Shown: positions 1 to 9,740 of the stretch, one piece after another
Layout: each line of letters starts with the position of its first letter
How positions within the stretch are numbered: the stretch's first letter is position 1
Assembly: GCA_021739695.1 (NCBI GenBank)
Contig: JAIPBM010000023.1
Location: 1,156-65,155 of the forward strand
Origin: Flavobacteriales bacterium
GTDB lineage: Bacteria; Bacteroidota; Bacteroidia; UBA10329
DNA length: 64,000 nt
Reading direction: 5' to 3'
Program-made: the position numbers and the translations under genes
The notes under the pieces: model-generated
The model's input: only the letters and a program-made list of their open reading frames with translations
What the model was told of the DNA's origin: nothing
The model's database searches: none

Positions 1-2
1 TC

Positions 3-299
3 AACGATGAGATGGAAAGCATCGCATTTGAGCGCAGCGGCTTGTCCGAAACACCTGTGAACAGCATGAAAGGTTATTTCGGTCATACGCTTGGTGCGGC
101 TGGCGTGATAGAAACCTTACTTGGATTGGAAGGCATGAAACGCAAACAACTCGTTCCTTCATTAGGATTCGAAGAAATGGGTGTTTCGCAGCCAATGAAT
201 ATCATTCAGGAAACCACTGCTCCAAACTCAGCATACTTCCTCAAGACCGCTTCAGGTTTTGGCGGATGTAACGCTTCAGCCTTATTCAAAGTGGGATGA
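3..299 (+). CDS. beta-ketoacyl-ACP synthase, C-terminal part (5' end outside window); flexirubin/aryl polyene-type cluster
   Basis: KGYFGHTLGAAG and KTASGFGGCN KS C-terminal motifs; frame is open from the window start. Confidence 0.88.
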   Translation, partial: NDEMESIAFERSGLSETPVNSMKGYFGHTLGAAGVIETLLGLEGMKRKQLVPSLGFEEMGVSQPMNIIQETTAPNSAYFLKTASGFGGCNASALFKVG

Positions 300-895
300 G
301 TTTGTTCCTGAAAACATATTGCCGCATTAAGGGTGGAGAGGTTCACATCAATGGCGAATTGTTCTGCCAACACATGGACGAAGACCCGTTTCTGCGTTCG
401 CTTTACAAGCACATTGGACTTAGCTATCCGAAGTTCTTCAAGATGGATGAGCTATCGCGGTTGGGTTTTATCGGTGCCGAAATGACCTTGATGCGTTCCG
501 AATTGGAGAATTACGCAGACGATGAAGTGGCGGTTATCTTCTCCAATCGTTCGTCCAGTTTGCAAACCGATTTCCAGTATTACGAAACGCTGAAAGGCGG
601 AATCGCCAGTCCTGCGCTGTTCGTATACACCCTTCCGAACATTGAGGTAGGCGAGATTTGCATCCGCCACAAACTCTATGGCGAGAATAACTTCCTTATT
701 ACCGAACGCTTTGATGCTGCGCAATTGCTGGAGCAATGCGAAGCCCTGTTCGAAGACAATGCCGCCAAAGCCGTTCTCATTGGTTGGACGGAGGTAGAAA
801 GCGATAACCACGATGGTTTCTTCGCGTTCATTACCGCATCAGGAATGAACGAAGTGACGGCAGAAAGTTTGACGGATTTGTATTTGAACAGATGA
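296..895 (+). CDS. 3-oxoacyl-ACP synthase-like N-terminal-domain protein (non-catalytic KS partner)
   Basis: YPKFFKMD and SPALFVYTLPNI motifs typical of flexirubin/APE cluster KS-like proteins; overlaps the upstream stop. Confidence 0.78.
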   Translation: MSLFLKTYCRIKGGEVHINGELFCQHMDEDPFLRSLYKHIGLSYPKFFKMDELSRLGFIGAEMTLMRSELENYADDEVAVIFSNRSSSLQTDFQYYETLKGGIASPALFVYTLPNIEVGEICIRHKLYGENNFLITERFDAAQLLEQCEALFEDNAAKAVLIGWTEVESDNHDGFFAFITASGMNEVTAESLTDLYLNR

Positions 896-904
896 ACATG
901 TTAG

Positions 905-987
905 AGCCACAGATGCACGGATTATCACTGATTTTCCACGGAAAGGAATCATCTTTTTCATCTGTGGAAATCTGTGAATCTGTGGCT
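905..987. repeat. intergenic palindromic REP-like element (CCACAGAT...ATCTGTGG type)
   Basis: agccacagatgcacggatt ... aatctgtgaatctgtggct imperfect inverted repeat built from CACAGAT/ATCTGTG units. Confidence 0.7.
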
Positions 988-1008
988 AAAAAATGTAATT
1001 ATTAAGCC

Positions 1009-2196
1009 TTGGAAATTGCAATCACGGGCATAGGAGCGATTTCGGCCATTGGCAACGATGTAGATGGAAACCTGCGTTCGCTATTGTCGAAAGAAACAGG
1101 CATAGGCAAAGCCAAATTGCTTCGTTCCAAACTCACAGAAACGCATCTTTTTGGAGAAGTGAAACTCTCCAATGAAGAATTGAGAATAGGTTTGAACTGG
1201 ACTTCAGAAGCTGTTTCTCGAACCACGCTTTTGAGTGCTTGGGCCATGAAAGAAGCCATCAAGCAGTCAGGGATTGTGATGGATAATCAGGTCGGTCTGG
1301 TTTCATCTACAAGTGTTGGCGGCATGGATCGCAGCGAAGGCTTTTTCGAGCCGTATTACACCGAACAGGATTTTGCGAATGTGTTTATGCTCGGCACGCA
1401 CGATTGTGGCACCTGCACGAAACAAGCGGCCGCGCATTTCGGAATTACCGCTTATTCTACAACCATTAGCACGGCCTGTTCTTCGGCAGCAAACGCCATC
1501 GCTATGGGCGCACGCTTATTGCGCCAAAGAAAATTGAAGCGTGTGATTGTAGGCGGAACTGATGCCTTGTGCCGATTTACGGCCAACGGTTTCAATTCGC
1601 TAATGATCTTGGATACAGAATGGTGCAAACCCTTCTCTGCCAATCGTGCTGGATTGAATTTAGGCGAAGCCGCGGCTTATCTCGTGCTTGAAAGCAGGGA
1701 AGACGCAGAAGCTCGTGGAGCTGAAATCCTCGGACTGGTGACAGGCTGGGCCAATACGAATGATGCCTATCACCAAACGGCTTCATCGCCAGATGGAAAC
1801 GGTGCGTTTATGGCGATGACGCAGGCGTTGGAAAAAGCGAATTTGAAGTCCACAGACATCAGTTACATCAACGCCCACGGAACGGGAACGCAGAATAACG
1901 ATCAGTCGGAAAGCATTGCCATTCATCGTGTTTTCGGAGCACAGAAACCACCAATTAGCTCTACGAAAGCTTACACCGGTCATACATTGGCTGCCGCTGG
2001 CGCGATTGAAGCGGTTTATTCAGTTCTTGCTCTCAAGGAGAGTAAGTTGTTTCCGAATTTGAATTACCAAGATCCAATTGAGGAGAACGATTGGAAACCG
2101 CAATTGGAAGTTGAGAGTGCGGATATCAAGCACGTTTTGTCCAACTCATTTGGGTTTGGAGGTAACAACTCAACGGTAATCTTTAGTAAGTATTAA
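1009..2196 (+). CDS. beta-ketoacyl-ACP synthase (FabF-like), catalytic KS of the polyene cluster
   Basis: TACSS catalytic Cys, AHGTGT, GHTLAAAG and SNSFGFGGNN; TTG start. Confidence 0.92.
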   Translation: MEIAITGIGAISAIGNDVDGNLRSLLSKETGIGKAKLLRSKLTETHLFGEVKLSNEELRIGLNWTSEAVSRTTLLSAWAMKEAIKQSGIVMDNQVGLVSSTSVGGMDRSEGFFEPYYTEQDFANVFMLGTHDCGTCTKQAAAHFGITAYSTTISTACSSAANAIAMGARLLRQRKLKRVIVGGTDALCRFTANGFNSLMILDTEWCKPFSANRAGLNLGEAAAYLVLESREDAEARGAEILGLVTGWANTNDAYHQTASSPDGNGAFMAMTQALEKANLKSTDISYINAHGTGTQNNDQSESIAIHRVFGAQKPPISSTKAYTGHTLAAAGAIEAVYSVLALKESKLFPNLNYQDPIEENDWKPQLEVESADIKHVLSNSFGFGGNNSTVIFSKY

Positions 2197-2213
2197 TGGT
2201 TGCACTGTCAAAT

Positions 2214-2353
2214 AAATCCTCCGCCTTACTTCGACAGGCTCAGCACAAGCTGTTCCTCGGCACCTCCTTTAAAAGGAGGAATGAGCTCCTTCCCCCTTTG
2301 AAAGGGGGTGGCTCGAAAGCGGAACTTGTGGAGCTTTTCGAGACGGGGGATTT
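2214..2353. repeat. composite intergenic palindromic element (REP/MITE-like)
   Basis: terminal IR aaatcctccg/cgggggattt enclosing cttcgacaggctcag, cctcctttaaaaggagg and cccccttt-g-aaaggggg hairpins. Confidence 0.7.
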
Positions 2354-2376
2354 AGTAATTGAGAAATTAGTCTGAA

Positions 2377-3261
2377 ATGTATTTAGGAGCCGCCACTTGC
2401 ATATCGTTTCAAGACACTTTCGGGAATGAAAACCCTTGGAGTTCACTCGCTGCAATCAACGGGGAAACGCAACTTGTCCAGCCTGATTACAAGGAATTTG
2501 TGAGCCCAGCAGCCTTGCGAAGAATGAGCAGCGTTCTAAAAATGGGTGCTGCAGGCGGTAAATCGTGTTTGTATAAAGCAGGATTGGAAAATGCAGATGC
2601 CATTACGGTTGGAACTGGCCTTGGCTGCGTTCGCGACACACTCAAGTTCTTGAAAGCGGTTTATGAAGATGGTGAAGGAGGACTTTCGCCTACGGCATTC
2701 ATCCAATCCACGCATAATTCCATTGCTGGACAATTGGCGTTAATGCTCGGAAACCATGGTTACAACATGACGCATGTGCAAGGCGGGTTGTCGTTGGCCT
2801 ATGCGCTTTCAGATGCAGAATTATTGATTGGTGAAGGTGATGCTGAGACGGTGCTGGTTGGTGCTGTCGATGAGAAAACGGAGGAATTGGTAGAATTGCT
2901 TTCTAAACTTGCTGATACCGTCAGTTATAAATTGCCAGAAGTAGGCGAGGGCGGAGCGTTCTTTCTTGCTTCCAAGGAAAAATTGAATTCATCTGTTGCC
3001 AAAATGGTCGGATTGAATTTGTCGGGAAAACTGGAGGTTGATGCAGACCTCGTGCTTTCAAACACGGATCAAGGATTCAATTACACCCAATTCTCAGGCG
3101 AGCATTTCACCTCTGTTGGTTTCGGACTTTTCATGGCGCTAAAGGCTTTTGAACTAGGAAAAGTTGACAACGGTCACATTTCATTCGACCATCCAACGCG
3201 TATTTTAGTGCATCATAAGTTGCTCGGACAGGAAATGAGCATCTTGCTTGAAAAGCTTTGA
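2377..3261 (+). CDS. beta-ketoacyl synthase chain-length factor
   Basis: RRMS, GTGLG and SPTAFIQSTHNSIAGQ motifs; no catalytic Cys motif; follows the KS. Confidence 0.85.
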   Translation: MYLGAATCISFQDTFGNENPWSSLAAINGETQLVQPDYKEFVSPAALRRMSSVLKMGAAGGKSCLYKAGLENADAITVGTGLGCVRDTLKFLKAVYEDGEGGLSPTAFIQSTHNSIAGQLALMLGNHGYNMTHVQGGLSLAYALSDAELLIGEGDAETVLVGAVDEKTEELVELLSKLADTVSYKLPEVGEGGAFFLASKEKLNSSVAKMVGLNLSGKLEVDADLVLSNTDQGFNYTQFSGEHFTSVGFGLFMALKAFELGKVDNGHISFDHPTRILVHHKLLGQEMSILLEKL

Positions 3262-4016
3262 ACTTCCAACGACTGAACATACTGGCTATTGGATTTGTCC
3301 TCGTTCTAATTCCAGCCATCACACTTGGATTTATTACATGGAAAGTCCTTATTATTCTATTGCTCGCGTATTCAATCACACTTGGTTGGGGTGTTTTCGA
3401 CATCGGTTCGCAGTTTTTCATCCCGACTTTTTGGAGAGGCGAGAAGGGAACGGTCAGTTTTACCTTCGATGATGGCCCAGACCCAGAAGTGACGCCAAAG
3501 GTGCTGGATGTGCTTCGTGAGGAAGGAGTGAAGGCCGCATTTTTCGTCATAGGAAGAAATGCTGAGAAACATCCGAAGCTACTGAAACAGATCATGGATG
3601 AAGGTCATGTGATCGGGAATCACACCTACAATCATGATTACGTGTTCTCAAAAGCTGCAGCTGAAAAACAAGTAACGGAAGGACAAGAAGCCATTGAGAA
3701 GATCATCGGTAAGAAACCAGCCTATTTCCGGCCTCCATTTGGCGTAATGACGCCAGAGATTGCTTCCGCTATCCGAAAGGAAAAATGCACGGTCATCGGT
3801 TGGGATATCCGTTCGCAGGATGGACGCATTCGCACAAAAGATGCGACCATCAAGCGAATCAGTGCGCACCTCGAAAAATCAACCGTACTGTTGTTCCACG
3901 ATACCAATCCGACAACGCCTGATGCACTTCGCGAGATTATTCATCTTTGCAGGCAGAATGGCATGAAGATCGTTTCAGTGCCAGAGCAATCGGGAATTGA
4001 ACCCTACCATGCCTAA
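3258..4016 (+). CDS. polysaccharide deacetylase (NodB/CE4) with N-terminal membrane anchor
   Basis: TFDDGP, GNHTYNH, FRPPFG, LLFHD motifs. Confidence 0.92.
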   Translation: MNFQRLNILAIGFVLVLIPAITLGFITWKVLIILLLAYSITLGWGVFDIGSQFFIPTFWRGEKGTVSFTFDDGPDPEVTPKVLDVLREEGVKAAFFVIGRNAEKHPKLLKQIMDEGHVIGNHTYNHDYVFSKAAAEKQVTEGQEAIEKIIGKKPAYFRPPFGVMTPEIASAIRKEKCTVIGWDIRSQDGRIRTKDATIKRISAHLEKSTVLLFHDTNPTTPDALREIIHLCRQNGMKIVSVPEQSGIEPYHA

Positions 4017-4635
4017 AATCACAACATTTTTCCTTTTCATCCTTTTTCCATTTTTCCTTTTCGCGCAGGATTGGAAAACGATTGAAGCGAGCGACCCGAT
4101 GCTAACGGGGTTGAAATCAACTTTGGCGGGAATGAATAGCATCAAAGGCGATATCAAGCAAGAAAAGAGCTTTGCATTTCTAACAGATAAACTCGTTTCC
4201 ACAGGCATTTTCCTCTATCAGAAGGAAAGCAAATTGCGTTGGGAGTTCAAAGAGCCAATTGATTATGTCATTCTCATCAACGAGAGCACCATGCGCTTGC
4301 GCGAAGAGGGCGTGGAGAAGAAATACAAGGGGATGAACCAGATCTTGCGGCAAGTGAAGGAGATCATTCTTGGTTGTATTGATGGTTCGATCATGAGTAA
4401 TTCGAACTACAAAACGGTGTTCTCGACAGACGGAACCAACATTCGAATTCAGCTTCAACCGAAGGAGAAGAACCTGAAGGAATTCATCAAGCAGATTGAT
4501 GTCGAGTTTGCAAAATCGGGTTCCATTCTAAAGAAAGTAACTTTGACCGATCCGTCTGGCGACATGACGGACATTCATTTCTCGAACGTTCAGTCCAACC
4601 AAAAGATAGATGCGGCTCTTTTTGCTGATTTTTAG
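4009..4635 (+). CDS. LolA-like outer-membrane lipoprotein carrier family protein
   Basis: signal peptide; QEK...S.G.F.YQK..KLRWE..EP motif; usual position in APE/flexirubin clusters; ATG at 4009 chosen. Confidence 0.82.
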   Translation: MPKITTFFLFILFPFFLFAQDWKTIEASDPMLTGLKSTLAGMNSIKGDIKQEKSFAFLTDKLVSTGIFLYQKESKLRWEFKEPIDYVILINESTMRLREEGVEKKYKGMNQILRQVKEIILGCIDGSIMSNSNYKTVFSTDGTNIRIQLQPKEKNLKEFIKQIDVEFAKSGSILKKVTLTDPSGDMTDIHFSNVQSNQKIDAALFADF

Positions 4636-5173
4636 TCTTCTTGCCACTTCAGTTCAGGCGCAAGCTCCCGGACAGGACGTAGAAATTCTCGCTCGCGGAA
4701 AAGAGGCTATTTATAAGGCTGAATTCAATATCACGGGAACAGCGATCAACGGATTTCTTGCGGTTCAGCACAAGCGAAATGACGTGCTTCATGTGGAATT
4801 CACCTCACCAATGGGTAATAATCTGTTGGAGATAGAGTGGAAGCGGGGTAAATGGAAAAAGATCTACGCCACCAAGAAACTCAGCGGAAAGTTGATCTTT
4901 AACATGATGACGGAAGACATTCTATTGCTCTTTGCACATTATCAGTATGATCAGAGTTTTGAGGATTTTGGCAACGAATGGAAGTGGAACAAAAAGACAC
5001 TTCTTCCTGTTTTTGAGGACGGAAAACTGAGCTCGGTGAAGATCATTGGAAGACGCCATCATCCATCTAAAACGGTGAAATACAAACGTGGCGAAGATTG
5101 TATTGATGAATTAAGCATCGACCATCAAGGTTTTCCTTTTTCCATCACATTGGAACCATTGAAGAAGAAATAA
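4610..5173 (+). CDS. secreted hypothetical protein of the polyene cluster
   Basis: signal peptide, in-operon overlap with neighbours. Confidence 0.65.
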   Translation: MRLFLLIFSLLATSVQAQAPGQDVEILARGKEAIYKAEFNITGTAINGFLAVQHKRNDVLHVEFTSPMGNNLLEIEWKRGKWKKIYATKKLSGKLIFNMMTEDILLLFAHYQYDQSFEDFGNEWKWNKKTLLPVFEDGKLSSVKIIGRRHHPSKTVKYKRGEDCIDELSIDHQGFPFSITLEPLKKK

Positions 5174-5535
5174 TGGCAACACTTGCGGGATTTTACGAAC
5201 GAATTTCTGAAACCAAGACCGCTGCTGGTTCGGTGGTAAGTGCCAGACTCAATCCGGATCATGAAGTGTACGTTGGGCATTTTCCAGAAAAGCCTGTAGC
5301 GCCAGGTGCAGCGCTCACCCAAATGGTTTTGGATGAAGCCATCAGATTGACCAATGGTGAGAAGAAAGTGACTGAATTCCGCCAGATCAAATTCCTATCG
5401 GTTATTGATCCTACTCAAGTTCAAGATATTGAATTGGAGTTCGATTTTAGAGAACGGAATGGCGTTGATATGTTCACATGCGTTGGTCGCTCTGGCGAAA
5501 CCAATTATTTCAAGTTGAATGGCATCTTCGGATAA
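5173..5535 (+). CDS. 3-hydroxyacyl-ACP dehydratase (FabA/FabZ hot-dog fold)
   Basis: HEVYVGHFPEKPVAPG and IKFLSVIDP motifs. Confidence 0.87.
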   Translation: MATLAGFYERISETKTAAGSVVSARLNPDHEVYVGHFPEKPVAPGAALTQMVLDEAIRLTNGEKKVTEFRQIKFLSVIDPTQVQDIELEFDFRERNGVDMFTCVGRSGETNYFKLNGIFG

Positions 5536-5539
5536 TTCG

Positions 5540-6718
5540 ATGAATTACCGTTCTGAACTCAAGCAAATGGGAATTTGCGTGATTGTTCCTACATACAACA
5601 ATCACAAAACGGTCAAACGCGTTATTGAAAGTGTGTTGGAATACACGGATGATCTAATCGTTGTGAATGATGGTGCCACAGATGGAACGCCAGCTATTCT
5701 GGACGAATTTGGAGATAGGATCGTTCTCATTTCGTACGCTCCCAACAAAGGAAAAGGCTATGCACTGCGGATGGCTTTCGCTAAAGCAACGGAACTGGGT
5801 TATCACTACGTTATTACGATTGATAGCGATGGGCAGCATTTTGCCAATGATATTCCAAAATTCATTGAAGTGCATCGAAGTCACCCGGATGCGGTAATTA
5901 TGGGCGCCCGTAATTTGGAGGCACACGGAATGGCAGCTAAAAGCAGCTTCGCTAACCGTTTTTCCAATTTCTGGTTCCGATTACAAACGGGAATTTACAT
6001 GCCCGACACGCAGACGGGTTTTCGTTTGTATCCGCTCGAAAAGATCAGGAACCTTACGCTGTTCACCAATCGGTTTGAGTTTGAAATTGAGGTGATTGTG
6101 AAACTTGCTTGGCGCGATGTGCCGTTCGTTTCCGTACCGATACAAGTGAAGTACGATCCTAATGAACGTGTTTCACATTTCCGTCCAGGACCAGATTTCA
6201 CGCGTATCAGTTTTCTCAATGCGTGGTTCACGATTCTTACAGCGTTGTATCATCTTCCACGAAGACTGCTTTTGAAAGGGAAGCTGCTCAAGCTTATCAA
6301 AGAAGAAGCCATCAAACCAGAGGAAACCAATCTGCGCAAGGCGGCAAGCATCGGTTTCGGGTTCTTCTTCGGAATTCTACCTATTTGGGGATTTCAGTTG
6401 TTAATTGGTATTCCAACCGCCATTTTTCTACGGATGAATAAGGTGCTGTTCATTACAGCGGCAAACATCAGTTTGCCACCGCTCATTCCGTTCATCATCT
6501 TCTTCAGCTACTTAATGGGACAGCCGTTCGTGGATGGCGAACCAATTCCATTTGATAAACTATCTGAGCTATCGCTGGATAATATCCACGATAGTTACAT
6601 CCAATATGTGATTGGAGCAATTCTGCTCGCAATCTCTACAGGATTGATGGGTTTCTTGGTGAGTTGGATAACGCTTACAGTCCTTCGGAAAGACCCTGAA
6701 GCGGTTCAAAGTGTCTGA
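5540..6718 (+). CDS. glycosyltransferase family 2 fused to DUF2062-like membrane domain
   Basis: VIVPTYNN, VNDG, NKGKG, IDSDGQH, DTQTGFRLYP; C-terminal TM region; ATG at 5540 chosen. Confidence 0.9.
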   Translation: MNYRSELKQMGICVIVPTYNNHKTVKRVIESVLEYTDDLIVVNDGATDGTPAILDEFGDRIVLISYAPNKGKGYALRMAFAKATELGYHYVITIDSDGQHFANDIPKFIEVHRSHPDAVIMGARNLEAHGMAAKSSFANRFSNFWFRLQTGIYMPDTQTGFRLYPLEKIRNLTLFTNRFEFEIEVIVKLAWRDVPFVSVPIQVKYDPNERVSHFRPGPDFTRISFLNAWFTILTALYHLPRRLLLKGKLLKLIKEEAIKPEETNLRKAASIGFGFFFGILPIWGFQLLIGIPTAIFLRMNKVLFITAANISLPPLIPFIIFFSYLMGQPFVDGEPIPFDKLSELSLDNIHDSYIQYVIGAILLAISTGLMGFLVSWITLTVLRKDPEAVQSV

Positions 6719-7293
6719 ACTTCCTTGTGACGGAAGCAATCTACCGTATGGTCGTTTACCATACCAGTTGCCTGCATGTGAGCGTAGATAACTGTTGGCC
6801 CAACGAATTTGAATCCGCGTTTCTTGAGGGCTTTACTGATCTGTTCGGCCAATTCAGTTTTGGCAGGAATGTCTTTTAGCGAAGCCAAGGAATTCTGCAT
6901 CGGCTTCCCATCTACAAAATCCCAAATGTATTTGCTGAACGAACCGAATTCCTTTTGAATTTGAATGAAAGCCTGCGCATTTGAAACAGCTGCGCGAATC
7001 TTGGCTCCATTTCGGATAATACCAGCGTCAGCCATCAGGCTTTCAAGCTTAGCATCATCGTATGTGGCCACTTTTTTTACGTCAAAATGGTCGAATGCCG
7101 CACGGAAATTCTCGCGCTTGCGAAGCACTGTGATCCAACTCAATCCGGCTTGGAATGTCTCTAATATCAGAAACTCGAAAAGCCGCTGTTCATCAAACAG
7201 CGGCACTCCCCATTCTTCATCGTGATAAGAGATGTAAAGCGGATCATCAGAAACCCAGCCGCAACGTTTTTTTGCTTGTGGATGATGATTCAT
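6706..7293 (-). CDS. tag: DNA-3-methyladenine glycosylase I
   Basis: RCGW, YHDEEWG, ETFQAGLSWITVL, GMVNDH..DC. Confidence 0.95.
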   Translation of the reverse strand: MNHHPQAKKRCGWVSDDPLYISYHDEEWGVPLFDEQRLFEFLILETFQAGLSWITVLRKRENFRAAFDHFDVKKVATYDDAKLESLMADAGIIRNGAKIRAAVSNAQAFIQIQKEFGSFSKYIWDFVDGKPMQNSLASLKDIPAKTELAEQISKALKKRGFKFVGPTVIYAHMQATGMVNDHTVDCFRHKEVQTL

Positions 7294-7311
7294 ATCGTTC
7301 AAAAGGAGTAG

Positions 7312-7533
7312 TTACCCTTTCTTCTTTACGATCTTTGCTTCTTTTATGAACTTACCATTCACTGATTCGCCAAGAATCACGACTTCTTTCGATTTTTCGT
7401 AATCCTTAACTGCTAGCATCATTTCATCTTCAGTATCCCTTCTGATCTTGATTCCGGATACTGCACCCGTATTACGCACTTCAATATAATAGCCGTCTTT
7501 AAGCTTCTTCGGTCTTGTAGGAGGTCTTCCCAT
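7312..7533 (-). CDS. small basic hypothetical protein (73 aa)
   Basis: MGRPPTRPKKLKDGYYIEVRN... after an A-rich leader; the longer 7686 start appears to be non-coding extension. Confidence 0.7.
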   Translation of the reverse strand: MGRPPTRPKKLKDGYYIEVRNTGAVSGIKIRRDTEDEMMLAVKDYEKSKEVVILGESVNGKFIKEAKIVKKKG

Positions 7534-7799
7534 GTCTTGTTTTGTTCTTTTTTCACACCAAGCTCGAACAATATCATGTTCAACTCGGCCTTTACTCTTC
7601 GGTGTGAAATATAGGTATTTGAACCATACTAGGATAAAATAACTGTCAATAAGTCTTAACCGATACATGTTGATTCTGAAATTCAATGATTTCTGAGTTC
7701 AAAATGCAATTATTCAGGTTAAATTTTGTTGATTTCCGATGGTTTATAACCGACAGAAAGACCGATTCATAATCGTTTAGTAATCGAAAGCAACTGTAA

Positions 7800-7807
7800 T
7801 ACCTTTG
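7800..7807 (+). promoter_or_regulatory. Bacteroidota -7 promoter element for ispH
   Basis: TACCTTTG matches TAnnTTTG, 20 nt before ATG. Confidence 0.6.
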
Positions 7808-7827
7808 CAACCGAATTCTGTAAGTAG

Positions 7828-9057
7828 ATGAAACAGTTCGACATACCTGAGTTTTACCGTAGTCCGATCATCGGACCGCTGAAAGAAATGCGCAAGAGCA
7901 AAGATCCGCGTAAGCAGGACTTTACGCCAACGTTGCTCGACTTCGGTCCGGTTCAGTTTTACATCGCGCGGCATTTTGGCTTCTGTTATGGAGTGGAGAA
8001 TGCGATTGAAATATCCTATCGCGCACTAAGCGAGAATCCAGGGAAACAGATTTTTCTCTTGAGTCAAATGATCCATAACCCTGCTGTGAATGACGATCTT
8101 CAAGGTCATGGTATTCAATTTATCATGGATACCTACGGAAATCAGCTTATTCCTTGGGATGATATTTCTTCGGATGATATTGTCATTACGCCTGCATTCG
8201 GAACAACGGTTGAGATTGAAGATCTATTGAAACAAAAAGGCATTCAGCCTGAATTGTACAATACAACATGTCCGTTTGTCGAGAAAGTATGGAAACGGTC
8301 TTCCAAATTGGGTGAGGACGATTTTACCGTCATTATTCACGGAAAACAGAAACACGAAGAAACGCGAGCAACGTTTTCGCACAGCTATCAAAATGCGCCA
8401 TCGTTGGTCATAAAAGACCTGAATGAAGCGCACATTTTGGGCGAGATCATTATGGGCAAACGCCCGGTGGAAGAGTTTGAAAATCAATTTCGTGATCGTG
8501 CATCCGAAGGTTTTGACCCGAACACACATTTCGACCGCATTGGAGTGGTGAACCAAACAACCATGTTGGCCACGGAAACACAGGCCATTGCCGATCACCT
8601 CAAAAATGTGGTGCTTGAGAAATTTGGGGAAGCGAATTCTAAGCAACATTTTGCTGATACGCGTGACACGCTTTGCTATGCTACCAACGATAATCAATCT
8701 GCAACGTACGGCTTGATGGAAACCGATGCTGACCTGGCCATTGTGGTTGGAGGTTACAATAGTTCCAATACATCGCATTTGGTGGAGTTGCTCGAAGAGA
8801 AATTCCCAACCTATTTTATCAGTTCAGAGAATGAGATAAAAGATGATGCAAGCGTTGAGCATTTCAATTTCCATGAAGGAACTATTGGTCAAACGTCCGA
8901 TTTCTTACCCAAAACCGACCGACCATTGAAAATTGCATTGACCAGTGGTGCATCGTGCCCTGATTCGGTGGTTGACCGTGTGCTTCAAAAAGTGCTTTCC
9001 TACTTTACTGGAAGTCGGGAAATAGGGAAGGTGATGGAGGAGTTGGAGGTGAATTAA
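7828..9057 (+). CDS. ispH: 4-hydroxy-3-methylbut-2-enyl diphosphate reductase
   Basis: FGFCYGV, TTCPFV, NQTT, TLCYAT, VGGYNSSNT, SGASCPD. Confidence 0.95.
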   Translation: MKQFDIPEFYRSPIIGPLKEMRKSKDPRKQDFTPTLLDFGPVQFYIARHFGFCYGVENAIEISYRALSENPGKQIFLLSQMIHNPAVNDDLQGHGIQFIMDTYGNQLIPWDDISSDDIVITPAFGTTVEIEDLLKQKGIQPELYNTTCPFVEKVWKRSSKLGEDDFTVIIHGKQKHEETRATFSHSYQNAPSLVIKDLNEAHILGEIIMGKRPVEEFENQFRDRASEGFDPNTHFDRIGVVNQTTMLATETQAIADHLKNVVLEKFGEANSKQHFADTRDTLCYATNDNQSATYGLMETDADLAIVVGGYNSSNTSHLVELLEEKFPTYFISSENEIKDDASVEHFNFHEGTIGQTSDFLPKTDRPLKIALTSGASCPDSVVDRVLQKVLSYFTGSREIGKVMEELEVN

Positions 9058-9740
9058 TTCTGCCTTTCAGCAACCCACCCCAAAGCCAATTCCAATTGCT
9101 GATCAGGAGATAGATTGGAGTTGTCTAGAACCACAGCATCTTCTGCCTGAATCAGTGGGTCTTCCTTTCTGCTGGTATCTTCCTGATCACGAGAAAGAAG
9201 GTTGTTTCGAACTTCTTCCAACGAAACGTCTTTGCCATTGGCTTTCAGCTCATCGAATCTGCGTTGGGCTCGCACGTCTGGCGAAGCCGTCATGAAAATC
9301 TTGAGTTCGGCATGCGGAAAAACGGCTGTTCCAATATCGCGGCCGTCCATAACCACACCACCGCGTTTACCCAATTCCTGCTGGAGCGAACGCAGCTTGG
9401 CGCGCACTTCTTTGATGACACTTACAAAACTGACTACCTCAGAAACACGCATACTTCGTATTTCCTCTTCCACGTTTTTTCCGTTCAAAAACGTGGTTAC
9501 TCTTTTGGTATTTGAATCGTAATTCAGGTCAATATCGATGTTGTTGAGCTCTAGAACGAGGCTGTCTTTATCCACATATTCTTTTGTTGCCAAACCATGT
9601 TCTATGGCAAACAGCGCCATAGCGCGATACATCGCACCGCTATCTACATACGTGTAATTGAGTTTGGCAGCGAGTTGTTTGGCAAGTGTGCTTTTGCCGC
9701 ATGAAGAATACCCATCAATGGCGATGGTGATCTTATCCAT
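9054..9740 (-). CDS. cmk: cytidylate kinase
   Basis: IAIDGYSSCGKST, DSGAMYR, MDGRDIGT. Confidence 0.96.
   Translation of the reverse strand: MDKITIAIDGYSSCGKSTLAKQLAAKLNYTYVDSGAMYRAMALFAIEHGLATKEYVDKDSLVLELNNIDIDLNYDSNTKRVTTFLNGKNVEEEIRSMRVSEVVSFVSVIKEVRAKLRSLQQELGKRGGVVMDGRDIGTAVFPHAELKIFMTASPDVRAQRRFDELKANGKDVSLEEVRNNLLSRDQEDTSRKEDPLIQAEDAVVLDNSNLSPDQQLELALGWVAERQN

Noticed and set aside
2240..2455. 71-aa minus-strand ORF as the missing ACP
   Set aside because: No DSL phosphopantetheine motif; it spans the palindromic element.
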